From Tubiluchus corallicola (Eukaryota; Animalia; Priapulida), in the NCBI GenBank assembly GCA_030141605.1, contig JAQGDQ010000008.1, forward strand, positions 1 through 64,000: a stretch of 64,000 bases of DNA, given 5' to 3'. The notes under the pieces were generated by a model, which was not told where the DNA came from, did no database searches, and worked only from the letters and a program-made list of their open reading frames with translations. The position numbers and the translations under genes were made by a program. Below, in pieces: positions 25,676 to 39,100 of the stretch. How positions within the stretch are numbered: position 1 is the stretch's first letter; each line of letters starts with the position of its first letter.

Positions 25676-28457
25676 CCCCTTTTGTCTCTCGTTCTCTCAA
25701 TATCTGTTTCTCTTTCTCCGTCACTATCTCCTGCGGCCTGCCTTTGCCTTTCCTTACTTCTCTTTATTGTTTCTAAGGTTTTCTCCCTTTTTCCTTTATT
25801 TAACTTTCTCACTCATTATTTTGATAACGATTGGCTGTAGACTAAGTTCACAGCGATTGTAGGACGCCTTTTATCTACACTAAATTCTACTTTAAATATA
25901 ATTTTGAATATAGCTAACATTCAATAAGGTCCCCGCAAACACTTTAGTTTAATTAATTTATTTATACTTTTAAAGCGCGCTTTCAGCAATTAATTATTTC
26001 AAAAGTACTTCATTATAGACGACAATGAAAAAATAAATGACAGCGTTACAGTAAAAACAACTCTAACGCCAGATATAAAACAAAAATATTTCATAAAAGC
26101 AATAAAACATACACTTCATAAACTATAACGCAAGTGAAATAAATGCATTTTACGTATTTTTCTAACATTTGCGATGATACACCATTTCTTTTGTTGTCTT
26201 CTGATAACGAGTTCTATTAGCCGGGCAGTAAAAGTTTTCTTTCCATTAAACTAGGGCTGAATTAACTCTACTGAATACGAAAAGCTGACTTTCGTATTTC
26301 TATTGCACTGCACTGATTTTTAATAACAGCGTGCAAACATCCTTACATTAACCGCTACCATTTTGTATGTAATAGTATGTGTATGTAAATAGTATTAATT
26401 TTGTTATCTGTTTAATTTGACTACTAAACAATAATTATAGAATAATCAAAATGTGATAAAATAAGCGACTCTTCAGTTAGCTATTTACGAATTTTAAATA
26501 ATGTGGTACAAATTGAATGAAGTTTTCTGACATCTAGACTGAATATATTAAAACTTAGCAGACTGTCTAATATTGCACGTAAATATACTAAAGAGTTAAC
26601 CACATTTACTTGACTGTTGCCAATAAGCAAAGAATTTCTTTTCACTTTTCTCTGGTATATGCTTATTGCCAAAACTTGCGTTTTCTATTTCTGTTTCTAT
26701 TCTATTTTGGAATCCTTCATTGTCAAATGATTACAATACGCCCACAGAAACAGTTGATTCTAGAGACGCTGCTCATTCACTATGAATACACGCACGTAAA
26801 ATAACCCATCAAAGATTGATTATCAACATAGCCTCATAATACACCTGACCTATTACAAGCATACTCATCTGGTGACACAGCATAACAAGTAACAATGGGC
26901 CTTAGTATGATAACCCCTGGCACAGAATAATTAATAACTCAAGGCTCAAAACATCTATCTTGTCAATAACTGACGATCCATTTCAGCACTGCTGAAAAAA
27001 GACTATACCGTACCCAACCCCACCACCTTGGATGAGACACTGAACTATTGACGGTGTCTTAGCACATTCGGATGTGAACACATCCTCCCTCTGCAAGCAA
27101 ATAATAAAATCAGTATGAGCGGTATAAACCCAAAACCAGTTTTACCAAGGCCTTCCATTTCTTGACCAAACTCTGAGTTTCCATTTCCTGACCAGGAACT
27201 GAACAGCGCGCCCTCAGCTTTGCCTCTTTGTCTTGATCATTTTTTCATTAAAAGTTACACCAGAAATATTTCTTTACTTTTTACCCAGCCATAACGTTAC
27301 ATTTTGAAAATCAGCAGTGCAATGAACAAGCTTACAGTTCCGTGTCAATCAATGGTACTTCATTATTAATTAAATCAGTGGATTTTACAATAGAACGCTG
27401 CAGTATTTAACATTTCATTGTATTAGTTTATAGAAATAAGTCGGTTGAACACTAGAACAGAACAAAAAGGAATTGTGATTACTCGTGGGAAAACAGAGAT
27501 CACGACCCACTTAGAGTGTTCTCCACCAAGCAAATACCGATTATCAACCCACCTTCCTGATGGATATTGAATGGTACAAATATGGACTTTTAATTAGAAT
27601 AAGGGCAAGGCAGTAAAAAGTTCGTAAACTGATTACAGCCAGAAATATAGGATTCATGTAATTAATTTGCTAGTGATATGTGGCACCTGCAAACGTTCTT
27701 CTTGATGCAGGTGAGGTTGTAATTATTTGCTAAAAGGTACGAAACATTTTTGGTAAAGAGTTTCAGAGAAAAGAAGTCACAGAGAAAAAACTGGAATTAT
27801 AAGCAGCCGTTCTGCATCTAAAAATTAATTCGGCGGAAATATGAAAGGCAGCAGCCAAACAAAACTCAAGTAAATCAATTGCGAATTGGAGAAGCTTGGA
27901 GAGCTCCTTTTAGTGATCGTGTATGAAAAAGGGAGCGTAGAGATGGTCCCACATTAGATCCACCCAAACTGACAATGCGATTTTGAAACCTGTTAAATGG
28001 GTTCTCAACAATAATATAATTAATCCAAGTTTAATTGGAACTTTCAGTTTATTAGTAGGTTTTTAGTTTGGAGACCCCAAATCGGGTTCTGGTTTAGAGT
28101 TTTTAAGTTTAAAAGTTTACGAATTCGAAAAAAAACAATTCTTAACAGAGAAATTCTCACTTTAGTAGCTCTAACTAATATAAGACCTTAGTGTGGTGTT
28201 TTGACTACATTTTGATTCGCGTATTAGTTTTGTGACAACGATTAGTGAATTATAGGAAGCTTCATAGCTTCCAGTTCAACAATAATACATCTCTAATCAC
28301 AGCAGGTAGTAGACTTCGACAGACTTGAGCTTTTAAATTTTGATTGGCTAGTTTTATAATACATTCTTGTTTTCTTATGTTTTATTCTTTAATTTTCTAA
28401 GGTACATTTTAACGAATGTAAAATAAAATAAATTGATTAAAAAGTAAATATACTCAC

Positions 28458-28504
28458 CAAGACCTGTTTTGTGTTTTTATTGTAGCAATGTTGATCCTCA
28501 CTGA
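28458..28504 (-). promoter_or_regulatory. Possible initiator and non-coding first exon of a minus-strand transcript
   Basis: Minus-strand TCAGT (Inr consensus) at 28504-28500, then 45 nt without ATG ending at TTG|GTGAGT. Motif evidence only. Confidence 0.3.
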
Positions 28505-29012
28505 ATTCGTAGTTTTATTTCTGTCTACAAAGTGCCGTTTGATTCCACATCACCCCTTTTCAAGACACACAATACGGCAAAATGAGGTAGAAGAAGTTTT
28601 TACATCTACTCAGTACTCGAAAGCGTGACAAAGTCTCCTGTTCTGTGATGCTCCTCCTACCATGAAGCCCACGAAGACGACAGAAATGAGCATTGACTGA
28701 ATCAGGAGCAGCTTTGTTTAAAGTAGGCCTACGCGATCTAGCATGGTTCTTACGTAAGTTCCTGCGCACCAAATATATGTAATGTAATGGTCAATAACTG
28801 CTACGTTTACCTATTTATTATAGAGTTCAGGTATCAGACGCGATTATCAAAGTAATAGAAATAGATTGGAATTCAGGTACCACGCAAGCCAAAAAGTGCT
28901 CCGTGAGAATAAAAGGACATACAGGAAAGGGGGAAGAGGGGAGAATGAGAAAAAGAGAGAGAGAAGACAGAGCGAGAAATGGAGTAAAACGGGGAAAGAG
29001 AAATACTAAAAC

Positions 29013-29032
29013 TAATAATAATAATAATAATA

Positions 29033-29072
<40 letters not shown>

Positions 29073-29076
29073 TAAA

Positions 29077-29110
<34 letters not shown>
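29013..29110 (+). repeat. (AAT)n microsatellite
   Basis: Read directly. Confidence 0.95.
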
Positions 29111-29111
<1 letters not shown>

Positions 29112-29494
29112 CTCATTTTATTTAAAAAGAACTTACATATAAATTTAAAGGTGTCTGTTTTTTAGGCTCAGATCAACGATTTACATATTCAAATAACAAA
29201 TCTTTAGAACATTTGCAGTTTCACACTATATCACATTTCATACGTAGATTAAATTTAATTACCAGTTAAACACAATTATTATACGTAATTATGAATTAAA
29301 TTATAGACATAATATTTTTGTCTACTAGGGCTGCATCTGAAATAGCATCCGACGCATGGTATTTTTCATGCATAATTTGGATCGGCTATTTCTGCGAAAC
29401 TTGTTATTAACTTTATTATGTTATGGTATCTACTTTATACCTATATAAAATGTGCTCTAGAGTTTGGTTTTCTTAAGTCCAGTAAGATAGGAGA

Positions 29495-29498
<4 letters not shown>

Positions 29499-29566
<68 letters not shown>
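29499..29566 (+). repeat. (GA)n microsatellite
   Basis: Read directly. Confidence 0.97.
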
Positions 29567-29569
<3 letters not shown>

Positions 29570-29954
29570 ATGAGAAATGACGGTGGGCTGAGAGAGAGGG
29601 AGAGTAGGATGCTAATACTGGTAGTGAGCATAAAGGAAAAAGAAATTAAAAAGAATGGGTAAAAACAGCAAGACAGAAAGAGGGGAAAGAAAAAGTAACA
29701 AAGAAATTACGGAGCATTGAGTTGTTGCAAACTAAGCAGCTATTTTAAAATAACACAAGATATCTCAGTAAAAAGAAAAGCGGTCATCAGCAGTTATTTT
29801 GAGGGCGTAAGTGCACTATCTACAGCGTCTATGCAAATCACTGACAGCCTTGACTAACATTCTGAGCGTCAAATAGAAAAACAGTAAAAAAGAGGTTGTA
29901 CAGAGAAAGAGAGAGTGAAAGAGAAAGGTAGAGGGAGAAAGCGGAAAAAAGAAC

Positions 29955-29988
<34 letters not shown>

Positions 29989-32598
29989 GAGAAATGAAAA
30001 GGAAAGATAATCAATATAGGGGAAAACGACCACATGTGTTAGACCATTTTCAGCGTCTCTTGTCTCACGCCCTTTTTCTTCATGTCCTTTTTAATCCATA
30101 AACTAACAATGCAGCCATAATCAACGTACTCTTCGGCTCTATCACTTCTAATTTACTAATAGCACCTCCTATCGGATGAAAATACTTACTACAAGGATAC
30201 CAATTTGTGTTAATTGCTAATGTCTGAAAAGACAGGTATATTATATAGAAGATTAATTTCGGGCAAGGATAGAAACATATATCAAAAAAGGCTATTTAGA
30301 AGTGCAGGAATAGAAACGTATATCAAAAACTATTCATTATCAAAGCTACTTATTAAGTATTACAGTATAAAGCCTTTGAACGTAGGCTTACGCAAAGAAA
30401 GGAAGCAAGAAAACCTACGCGATGGAAGTGATGTCGTAGAACTAGTGTAGCATTTGAGAAGACCTACAGGAGCTTACTAAAATAATGTTTGATAATTTTA
30501 GAAAATTAGAGCTTAACATTCTAGCAAATGTTGAAACTATGATTTACCGAATTTTTAAATTGAACGTATAAAATATATATGATCGAATTTGGAACACTTT
30601 TGGCAGCGGCAGTTAGAAGCGACGTGAAGATTTTGTTATTGTTGTCGACGGTGTCGTTGCTGTCGTCATTCTCCTGTCATAGTTGTAGTTATCGTTGTCG
30701 TTGTTATCTTACAGCCGTTCTTGGTGTTGCTCATCGTCGTTGCTGTTGCTGTTCTTTTTACTGCTGTCGTCGTCATCGTTACAATTGTAGTTGTTTTGTA
30801 GCTGGTGTTGGACCTGGAGGAGCTGAAGCTGTGAATTAAAAAAATTCACAAAATAGAGCTGATGCAGCTTTATTTGGGACTTTTTAAACAAGCTTCAAAA
30901 CTCGCCACCTTTTTCTTTAATTTAACGCGCTTTTTTACATTAGAGTGTTAGCCAAAATTTGCACCAGTCCATTTAGTGTCTGTCAGCTAAAAGTATCCAG
31001 AATGATATCGAGTATAAAGGTCTTTGTCTTTGCAGGTTCATTTCATCGCTTAAGCATCTCTTGTAATTTTATTACAATTTCGGGCAACAAACTTATTGCA
31101 GATTAAATATTCACACACACAGATAAGTAGCATTTTTGTCATTATAAATTTACTTTAGTTTATAAAAAGTGGCTCATGTAACACAGCAGAGGTAATAAAA
31201 CTGGCTTTTCATAGTAGAGAAGTTGCTTTACGTTTTCAATAAAACGTTACATTGCACGTTATATCATCATTATGTACTTGAGAACAATCAAATTGTGCCT
31301 GTTGACAGAGGCATGTACCGCACATTGTTTAGAAAAGTTTTCCCAAAGGTGATAAGTGTTTAATCCCAAATGTCACGATTTTCATACACAGGTGACTTCT
31401 CGAGCGCTTCAAAAAGCGATCTTCGCTTGTTATTACAAGACCTTTTAAGTTGTTTCTTTGTTTTGATAATTCTGCTTATAAGTCAATTGATACGTTTTTG
31501 TTTGAGAAAATAAAAAATCTTACTTTTTTTACTTTCATATGATTTTCACCATCTTCAGAATGCCTCTACTAAACTCGAGATAACGTGCGACGCGGTTTGT
31601 ACATTCCCCTTTGGTGACCTTTGCATAGCCTCAAAAGGTCTTTGCACAAGGTCAAATTTTCATGTTGGTATATTTTATTGACTTTTATTTCGCAGAAAAC
31701 TGACCAAAATGTTTCTACGTTTATTGCTGAACTGTGATGATGTGTCTTTTTAAAAGGAGGGGTGAAACCATGCAAATGGTGCTGTCAATAAATGCGTAAT
31801 AAAAAGTAAAAAACTGTGGGATGTGAGAATTTTTATGGGACATTATTTTTTTAGTGCTCCAGTTCTGACACAACTTCTTAGGAAGTCAAATTAAAAAATT
31901 TATTTCCGCAAGGTTCACAAAAGTACTGTGCGACTGTTAATTTTATTAAAGCGGTTATTTACAATAGGTGCACTAACTGCACGTTAAAATGTACCAGACA
32001 TAACAAATCAAGCAAACTTATGGCTTTTTCTTATTCAAATTAAAAATGTACTACTGTAAAAATATACCTAATAAAATAAATCTTTAGGACGACATCTACT
32101 CATACTGCATACCAAATATACATTTTATTCGTTTTAAAATATTTATTGAAGTCCATATTTTAACTTATAAAGTATAGGGGGTATAAAAATGACATTTAGT
32201 AGTGGTTAGAAGCCTGTAGGCTATTGCCCCAACAGTCCCCAAGCGGCCACTCACTACATTAAAATTCTCAGAACTGAATCTGTAACAACTTAACATAAGC
32301 TTTAGGTATATATTAAAACAAGATTAGATGAAGAAAGAAAGATTTACGAAATAATGTTATATTATAAGTAACCAGCATGTAGCAGCAGAAAACCCGTTAA
32401 TGAGGAACCTTTTAAACTGCTACTCTTATCGCTAGCGCTGCCTTTTGGCTAGAATTTGACCCAAACTTGTGAGAAAACAAGAAAAGTTGATATTTATTAG
32501 GCACACAAGCACTGGCACTTTTGTCGCCTTAAGTAGATTACTTCTGCTTTGTGTTAGCTTTGCAATTAGGCTAGCCATTAGATTTCAGCATTTGAAGC

Positions 32599-35500
32599 CT
32601 AATGATGATGATGGTGATGATGATGGTGGCGTCTAAAGCCATGACGTAGTCTATGATGATGATGATGGTGGTGGTGGTGATGACGACCTCCGAATGCAGC
32701 GCCCATCACTGCTCCTGCAGCTAAGCCCAGCCCAACTCCTCGACTCTGTAATAATGAAAAACCATGTTATTAATTAAAGGAGCAAAGACCAGAGAGACTC
32801 CTAGAAATAACACAAAGTAAAAAGAGAAACATTAGACACAAGTTTATGGGAAAATTAGTAAAAATAACTTACCGAAGAAACTGATTGGAACACAAATGGG
32901 ATAGAAAGGAATAGGCAGCTAATAATATTTTAAGTAATTCTATTTGGTTTACGTAGTAATTAATAGACAGAAATTTTACCGGCGGTGGCGGCGTTGGTTG
33001 CTTGGTAATGATCACAGTGTGTGGTGGTGCATATGGCACAGCTGGTGGTGGTGCTGATGGCGCAGCTGGTGGTGGTGCCGGTGGCACACTACCGGTTGGA
33101 TATGGATACTGCTGTGCGGGATCTAAAAAGTGATACAATATCATGTGAGTAGTACTTCTACTAACAAAAATCTGAAGGCGATGAGATTTAAATCATTAGA
33201 TATGGTCAATATTTCATAAACCGCGAACACCTATTACCGCGAAGTGGATTTCGCTTAAATTCCCGATCACAGATGGCGCGCGAGTGTCAAATTTTAATAC
33301 CTAAAACACAGCTACGTTTAAGCTGTGAAGGCTCGTACATAATATCGATAACAAGAGATTTGAAACACTACGTGACGCGTTTAACTCACAATGTACACCT
33401 CGCTGTGTACCCACTTGCCATGTACCGCAGTACCATATGTCGCCCCACAGTATAAGACATCGCCATGTATGGCAAAGCATTGCGGCGAGATGGTATTTGC
33501 ACTGCGGTACATTTACACAACTGTACGCGATGCCGTAGAACATGTACAGGAATGATGGGCAAGCGTGAACGTCCTATGTAGTACACTTGCCATTTAAGAA
33601 TTTCTGAATAATATTTCTATGTTAGCCATGGGTGTTAAAGCTCATTAAGTTTTATTTCAGTATATGAAAATCAGACATGGGTACTGGAAACTATTTCTAA
33701 AACAGACTTGGATACTGGAACCTGTTTACAAATCAGTCTTGGACGTGAATGTTAAAACCTATTTAATACTACCGTCTTTAGCTACTTGTACATTGCCAGC
33801 GCTTATCTAAATTTTGTTATAATGTAATCTACTACACTCGAAAAAACATTTAACAATGTTCTACCGCCGATGAGCGCGGACATCTTTTTTCAGCTGTTGA
33901 CAGATTGCGCGCTTCTGGGAATTACGTCTGTTGTGAACCGAAAAGATTGTCAATCCGGATATTCCGACAATTATTTAAAACTAAGTAAAATTAATTTCAA
34001 CTATTTGCCGGTTATAAATTGGTCATCAATGGATAATTTGTAAATAAACAACAAACAAACAGCTATCATGGACAAAAAATTAACACCCATTCAAGTAGCA
34101 GCTAAGTAAACACGTATCACTGTGGCGACGGAGCATAAATGCACATTCTGTGCAGTGAAAGCTGCTCGCGATTCAACTGCACCAACCCAAGATTCCCACA
34201 TCGGTAGAGAAATTACCACTTTTAACCCGGGTAATTTGCTGTCGTAACAGATTGATAATTTCGCTGTATTATATGATAAACAACCTGTCACGTCTTCTTC
34301 CAAAATAATTGCTTCGACACAAACCTACAAAGTGCAGCTCCACCTCACAAATTAATGAAAAAGAGCTACAAACCGCAACTAAGAAACGCTTATACGTTAT
34401 ACTTCATTAATTTTTTAGAAAGGTTTATAATTAGAAACACATTTAATTAATAATTAATATAATTACCCTGCATAAAAAATCACATTAGTTTTTAATAAGG
34501 AAATGATCCCGCAATTACTAAATCTTGAAACTAAACATGTCGAATGGTAAATATGAAAAAGTTGGGCCTGGCCTTGAACCAGGGAACGTTGGATTACAAA
34601 GTCGAAAACTGAAATCACGAAAGCCCTTCTTTGTAATCCAAATGTTCCTGTTTCAAATTCAGACTTAGTCAAGATTTTCCACGATTCTTTCGCATCGGAC
34701 CAGTTTGTTTAAAAATTCAGTGTCTTTGGGGTTTATATCACCAGTAATAAGCAACTCGAAATTAAGTTATAGTTTATTAAGCAGTTGTTTTTAATTGTAC
34801 TAATGTATTTACAGGGATAATACTCAGGTGGTGGTGGTGGTGGTGCTGCTGCTGCTGCTGCACCACTTCCAATAGGAGGCGGCGGATGAACAACCGTACC
34901 TAGAAAAAAAGAAAAAATTGTAACATTAAAGAAACAGAGTAATGATGTCGAACATGCCTACTCTGTGCGAAATAACACGTTGCACGATGTACACAATAGA
35001 TATCAGTTTAGAATGGCAGTTTAGTATTTAGTAGTTAAACATAACACGACTTTTCGCGCTCTGCAAACTAAAATCCAACACTCAACGACAGAGTCAGCGT
35101 GGTTGCGGCAGGACTGAAATCTATCCCATACACTGAGTGTTGTAAGTGTCAAAACCACGGTCGGTTGCTTATGCGTTCTTTCTCTACGATGAAAACAAAT
35201 AAAGTAGTTTGGTAGTTAAAACCAAAGTTGTTTTTCTGGTGGTCATCCATCCATTTAGTAAACAATCTGGCGTTGCTAAGTACATATCGTTGCTAAACAC
35301 GCACTGTGACCACTCATAGCACGTCAGAAACGGCAATTTTAAAGGTGCATTAAGCTCCATAATTTCTTTAACAGTTTCATTAGACAAGGAGTTTCTACGT
35401 AAAAATCCTTTCATTTTTGTTTTCCATATGGCACGTCGTATTTTGCAAGATGAATCATATAAAAATGGTTACATCATCTGTCACATCGATAAAGTGCTAA

Positions 35501-35605
35501 CTAACATTATAGAAACTAGCGTGATGAAAAGATAATTTACAATTCTAAAACTTTTAATTTTGTGTATACTGTACCTGTCGGATGTTGGTTGTAGTAAGCT
35601 GACAT
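32599..35605 (-). CDS. 135-aa Pro/Tyr-rich protein with PPxY motif, Gly-zipper segment and poly-His C-terminus; 4 coding exons: 35575-35605, 34813-34899, 32980-33122, 32599-32745
   Basis: All junctions are GT-AG and phase-compatible (1,1,0); 31+87+143+147=408 nt ending in TAG. Protein: MSAYYNQHPTGTVVHPPPPIGSGAAAAAAPPPPPPEYYPYPAQQYPYPTGSVPPAPPPAAPSAPPPAVPYAPPHTVIITKQPTPPPPSRGVGLGLAAGAVMGAAFGGRHHHHHHHHHHRLRHGFRRHHHHHHHHH. Minus-strand AATAAA at 32493-32498. Confidence 0.8.
33383..33590. repeat. Imperfect nested inverted repeat in an intron of the Pro/His gene
   Basis: ATGTACCGCAGT (33420-33431) / ACTGCGGTACAT (33501-33512) is a perfect 12-bp pair; inner ACCAT..TCGCC/GGCGA.ATGGT and outer CTTGCC/GGCAAG also pair. 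Confidence 0.55.
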
Positions 35606-35880
35606 GATAATATGTAGTGACGTCACAAATGGATTAATAGAATAATCGTGAAAATTTCAATGTTCTGCAAATAAATAACATGAAGATTTTTTGTTTTGTT
35701 CTAATAATCTGCCAACCAGGTAATCGACGTTATTTAAACTGAAATCATTACATTTTAGTGGCATACGCAACACAGCTAAATCATTTTGGAGTATTTAAGA
35801 TTGTACACCATAAGAAGTAACAGTTAAGTAGTCTTTGTATATATAAGATGTACGCAACAAAATGTGTTAAATTATCTTAC

Positions 35881-35945
35881 CTCGTTTATCTTGAATTAAT
35901 GGAAGAACTACGAGCACAGTAAACCAAAAAACAAAGGTTTATATA
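35881..35945 (-). promoter_or_regulatory. TATA box and short non-coding first exon of the Pro/His gene
   Basis: Minus-strand TATATAAA at 35945-35938; a ~30-nt leader ends at a strong GAG|GTAAGA donor (35881/35880). The next exon opens with a TTGCAG acceptor (exon start 35664) and carries the ATG at 35605. Confidence 0.6.
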
Positions 35946-38640
35946 ATACCTTTAACTCTATTTTTATTAGTCTGTGGACAAAGTGTGGATAGTTCTTTAA
36001 ACTCGGGATAAATAGGGGTGATATTTAAGAGCTTCAAATTCTGGAGAAACACTTTGTATTTAAAAATGCAGTACAGCCGGATAACAATTGGTTTTTAACG
36101 CAAGTAAGTTTTTAAATAAGTAATGCAATTTTATGTACACTCTGTAGCCAAAACATGTATTCCTCCTACGCAGTTACCCCTATTGCAATATATCTATAAT
36201 ATATATATAGCTCGTCACGCGACTCTATGACTCGGCGATAAACAAGCATTATTGCTTACGCGTGGCTTGCGATGCTACTATTAAGAGTCAAAGTCCAAGC
36301 CTAGCATTGATGTAAAGTGATCATTGAGATATAGCACGACAGTCAACAAGTCACAATGTTGGAAATTTTCCAAGAAAAACTAAGAAACATTAAAAAAAAT
36401 TCCAAGATGACGCGGGAAAAAATTAGGATGGGACGCAGTAGAGGGCAAACCTTAGCCATATAATAGTCTGCAGAAAATAATTATTTAAACTACGCAATCA
36501 ATCATAAGATGTTACTATTATTCTGACGTCAGGTCATTAATCACGTGCACTCTGGTGATTCTCTACAGTAGTTTTATTGCGACGTTACGCAGAATTTTCC
36601 ATATAAGCCTATAGATAATAATTAATAAAAGTTTATTTTCTTTTTCACTTCTTAAATTAATCGAGCATTGCTAAAATATCATCGCAAAAATCGTTTAAGT
36701 AGTTTTTTGTGCTAAAAGCTTAGCACAAATAAACGAACAACCAGCATAAAACATAATCTATAGGAGAGAAAAATTAAAACATTTGCAGTAGGGGGTTTAT
36801 TGAACTGTCATTGGTTTCGCATCGTTACTGCATGACACGAAAATACTGCTGGTACTGCTTTATATATGGGGTTGTCTACCATGGAATTGTCCGATCCCGG
36901 TAAATCGGACAAATTTTACTATCCAGTCATCGTAAGAGTATCGTTATCACAAACTTCATTTAGTAACGTAACTTAGTTCAGGTTTTGTCTTCTTAAAACT
37001 ATAGTCTAATTAAAAAATATTTCATTCAGACCTGTTTTTAAAATGTTTACCAATTACTGCCTCATTTTGAATTTTTAAACGACCTCTTATAACTTTTATA
37101 GCATGAGCAAAAAATAGGGATGTTCAAATACTCCTCTTAAATCATGTTTTAATTTACAATTTTTGTATTATATGATTTATCTACATCAAACTTAAGTTGC
37201 GTAACGATACGCGAAATGAATGCAAGATGAATAATTTTCATTCTAAAGTGTTGTATTCAACTATAGCGTTCCCCGGAATAACCTAGTTCCTAACCAGAAA
37301 TTAAAACGAATTGACACCTCTAATAATGTTGTCATTTGCACCAGTCCCACACAGCACTAATGCAGTCCGTAGACAACTTCTAGTTCAGATATAATCAACA
37401 CAATTATTCCGATTGTTGTACTTCCGTGGGTAACTAATAGTTTTTCGTTATGCTCCCGTGAAAAGCGTTTGTGAACAAACAAATTTTATACGAGTTTATA
37501 AACGACGTGCGATAAAACTGTTTGTAGTGAACGGAAAAAGGTTTCTCCAAATTTTCACAATTGCTTGGGCGTAGCGCAGGAACCAGTAACTCCAATGATG
37601 ATTACCTGCGTATGCGAACCTTTACCAACGACATTACCTGCGTAAGCAAACCTTTAATTGTTACGGTATCAATAATTAATTATAATTATTATAAATGGTT
37701 GATTTTTCAAAGATGAAGCGACCAATCACGTCATCATTAGATGGCTGGGATGGTCTATACCCACGTATGCGTAGGCTGGCAGTAAATAATTCACATAATT
37801 GCATCATAAGACCATAAGTCCAGCAATCACATAACATATTGCTCTCTTATACTGCATTTTTACACTCATTCGAATGTTTCGCATATGAATGGACATTTTA
37901 TTACTTTAGCGTAATTAATAAAATTATTCAAATGCCTAACACTATTACTATTACAGCAATTATTATGACCAGCAATATATAACTAAATGCAAATCTACAT
38001 ATATATAAATCCAGAGTAGTTAAAATGTACAGTACAATACTTAGCATTAAAGAATTTCGTTATATATTATGAAAGATATTACGTAAGATGACGCATAATT
38101 GAGTTAGTTTTCCAAACACAATCCTTTTTACCCATTCCAGCTACAAACTTCTCAAAATTTTGAATATTTTTGTCAAATTAGCGCACGAAAAACCATTAAA
38201 ATTTTGGAAAAATTGCATGAAAACTAGGCTGTGATCAAATAGGTAAAATCACTGGCACAAAATCTTGGCAACGAAATTTCTTAGACAATTTTTATTTAAG
38301 AACATTTATAAAATAGATTTTTATAGAAGCAAATGGCAACAAGCACATAGCACTTGTGCATTTATTTGCTCTAACAAGACTTGGTTTTGATAACCAGACC
38401 CTGCAACATTGCACGCTTTGTACTCCACCCACCCATGTACAGGAACCTGCGACATTTGGTACTTATATTAAGCATTAATCTCCCATGGCTCTGGTTAATC
38501 TGACCTTTGACTCGAAAGCCAGATTGCAGTTCAATGTCATCTTTGCCGAGTTGAGAACTTTTCATGCCAGTCCGGCTGCACTGACATGATTGTGTTAATG
38601 CTGAAAAGTTATCCTGTTATCCTTCATGTTATCCTGCTGA

Positions 38641-38760
38641 CACTACGGCCAAATCACGTTGAAAACACCGGTTCTCGTCTGATCACCGAAGTTAAGAAAC
38701 GTAGAGCCTGGTTAGTACTTGGATGGGTGACCGCCTAGGAATACCAGGTGCTGTAGGCTT
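38641..38760 (+). rRNA. 5S rRNA: Full-length 5S rRNA-derived sequence (retroposed head, probably not a functional rRNA gene)
   Basis: CTACGGCCAAATCACGTTGAAAACACCGGTTCTCGTCTGATCACCGAAGTTAAG...GGTTAGTACTTGGATGGGTGACCGCCTAGGAATACCAGGTGCTGTAGGCTT matches metazoan 5S. The first two bases are CA rather than GC, a few internal substitutions are present, and no T4 terminator follows. Confidence 0.85.
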
Positions 38761-39100
38761 GCGGGATACCCACACTGTATCTCGACACTAGGCAGAGGAG
38801 CTACACAAGCAGCCAACGTCTAGAGGGCGGAGGAGGTCATGTGACCCAACGGCCATGTGTAGAGGAGTAAACCTTCCAAATCAGGAGTGGAGCCCCGAAG
38901 GCGGACCAGTGCAGCATGCTCACTGACTCCGGCAGCCAACCTGGTGCCAAACGTATCGCTCCGCTTTCCTTTGGACTACACCAGCGAGGATCGCACTGCT
39001 CAGCCACAGTCGACGCTGCAGCTCCATCAATGTGATCAATAACTGACTCTCTTGGCGCACACTCCATTGTCTTGCGAGACAGAAGGATGCCAACAACAAC
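38641..39100 (+). mobile_element. 5S rRNA-headed, RTE-derived SINE or retro-chimera, 460 bp
   Basis: Perfect 11-bp direct repeat TATCCTGCTGA at 38630-38640 and 39101-39111. Contains a 120-nt 5S head, a 340-nt body ending in RIALLSHSRRC...stop (38987-39046; matches the RTE ORF2 C-terminal SRIGLxSHxRxC motif), a 3' hairpin TGTCT-TGCG-AGACA and a (CAA)n tail. Confidence 0.88.

Noticed and set aside
26960-27220. Possible tRNA- or Deu-domain SINE
   Set aside because: Only short matches (GGATGAGAC, a reversed B-box-like stretch) in conflicting orientations; no TSD or clear ends.
38641-38760. Functional 5S rRNA gene
   Set aside because: No oligo-T terminator, altered 5' end and internal promoter bases, not in a tandem array, and enclosed with an RTE-like tail between TSDs.
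38837-39067. 76-aa minus-strand ORF
   Set aside because: Antisense to the retroelement body; no splice or homology support.
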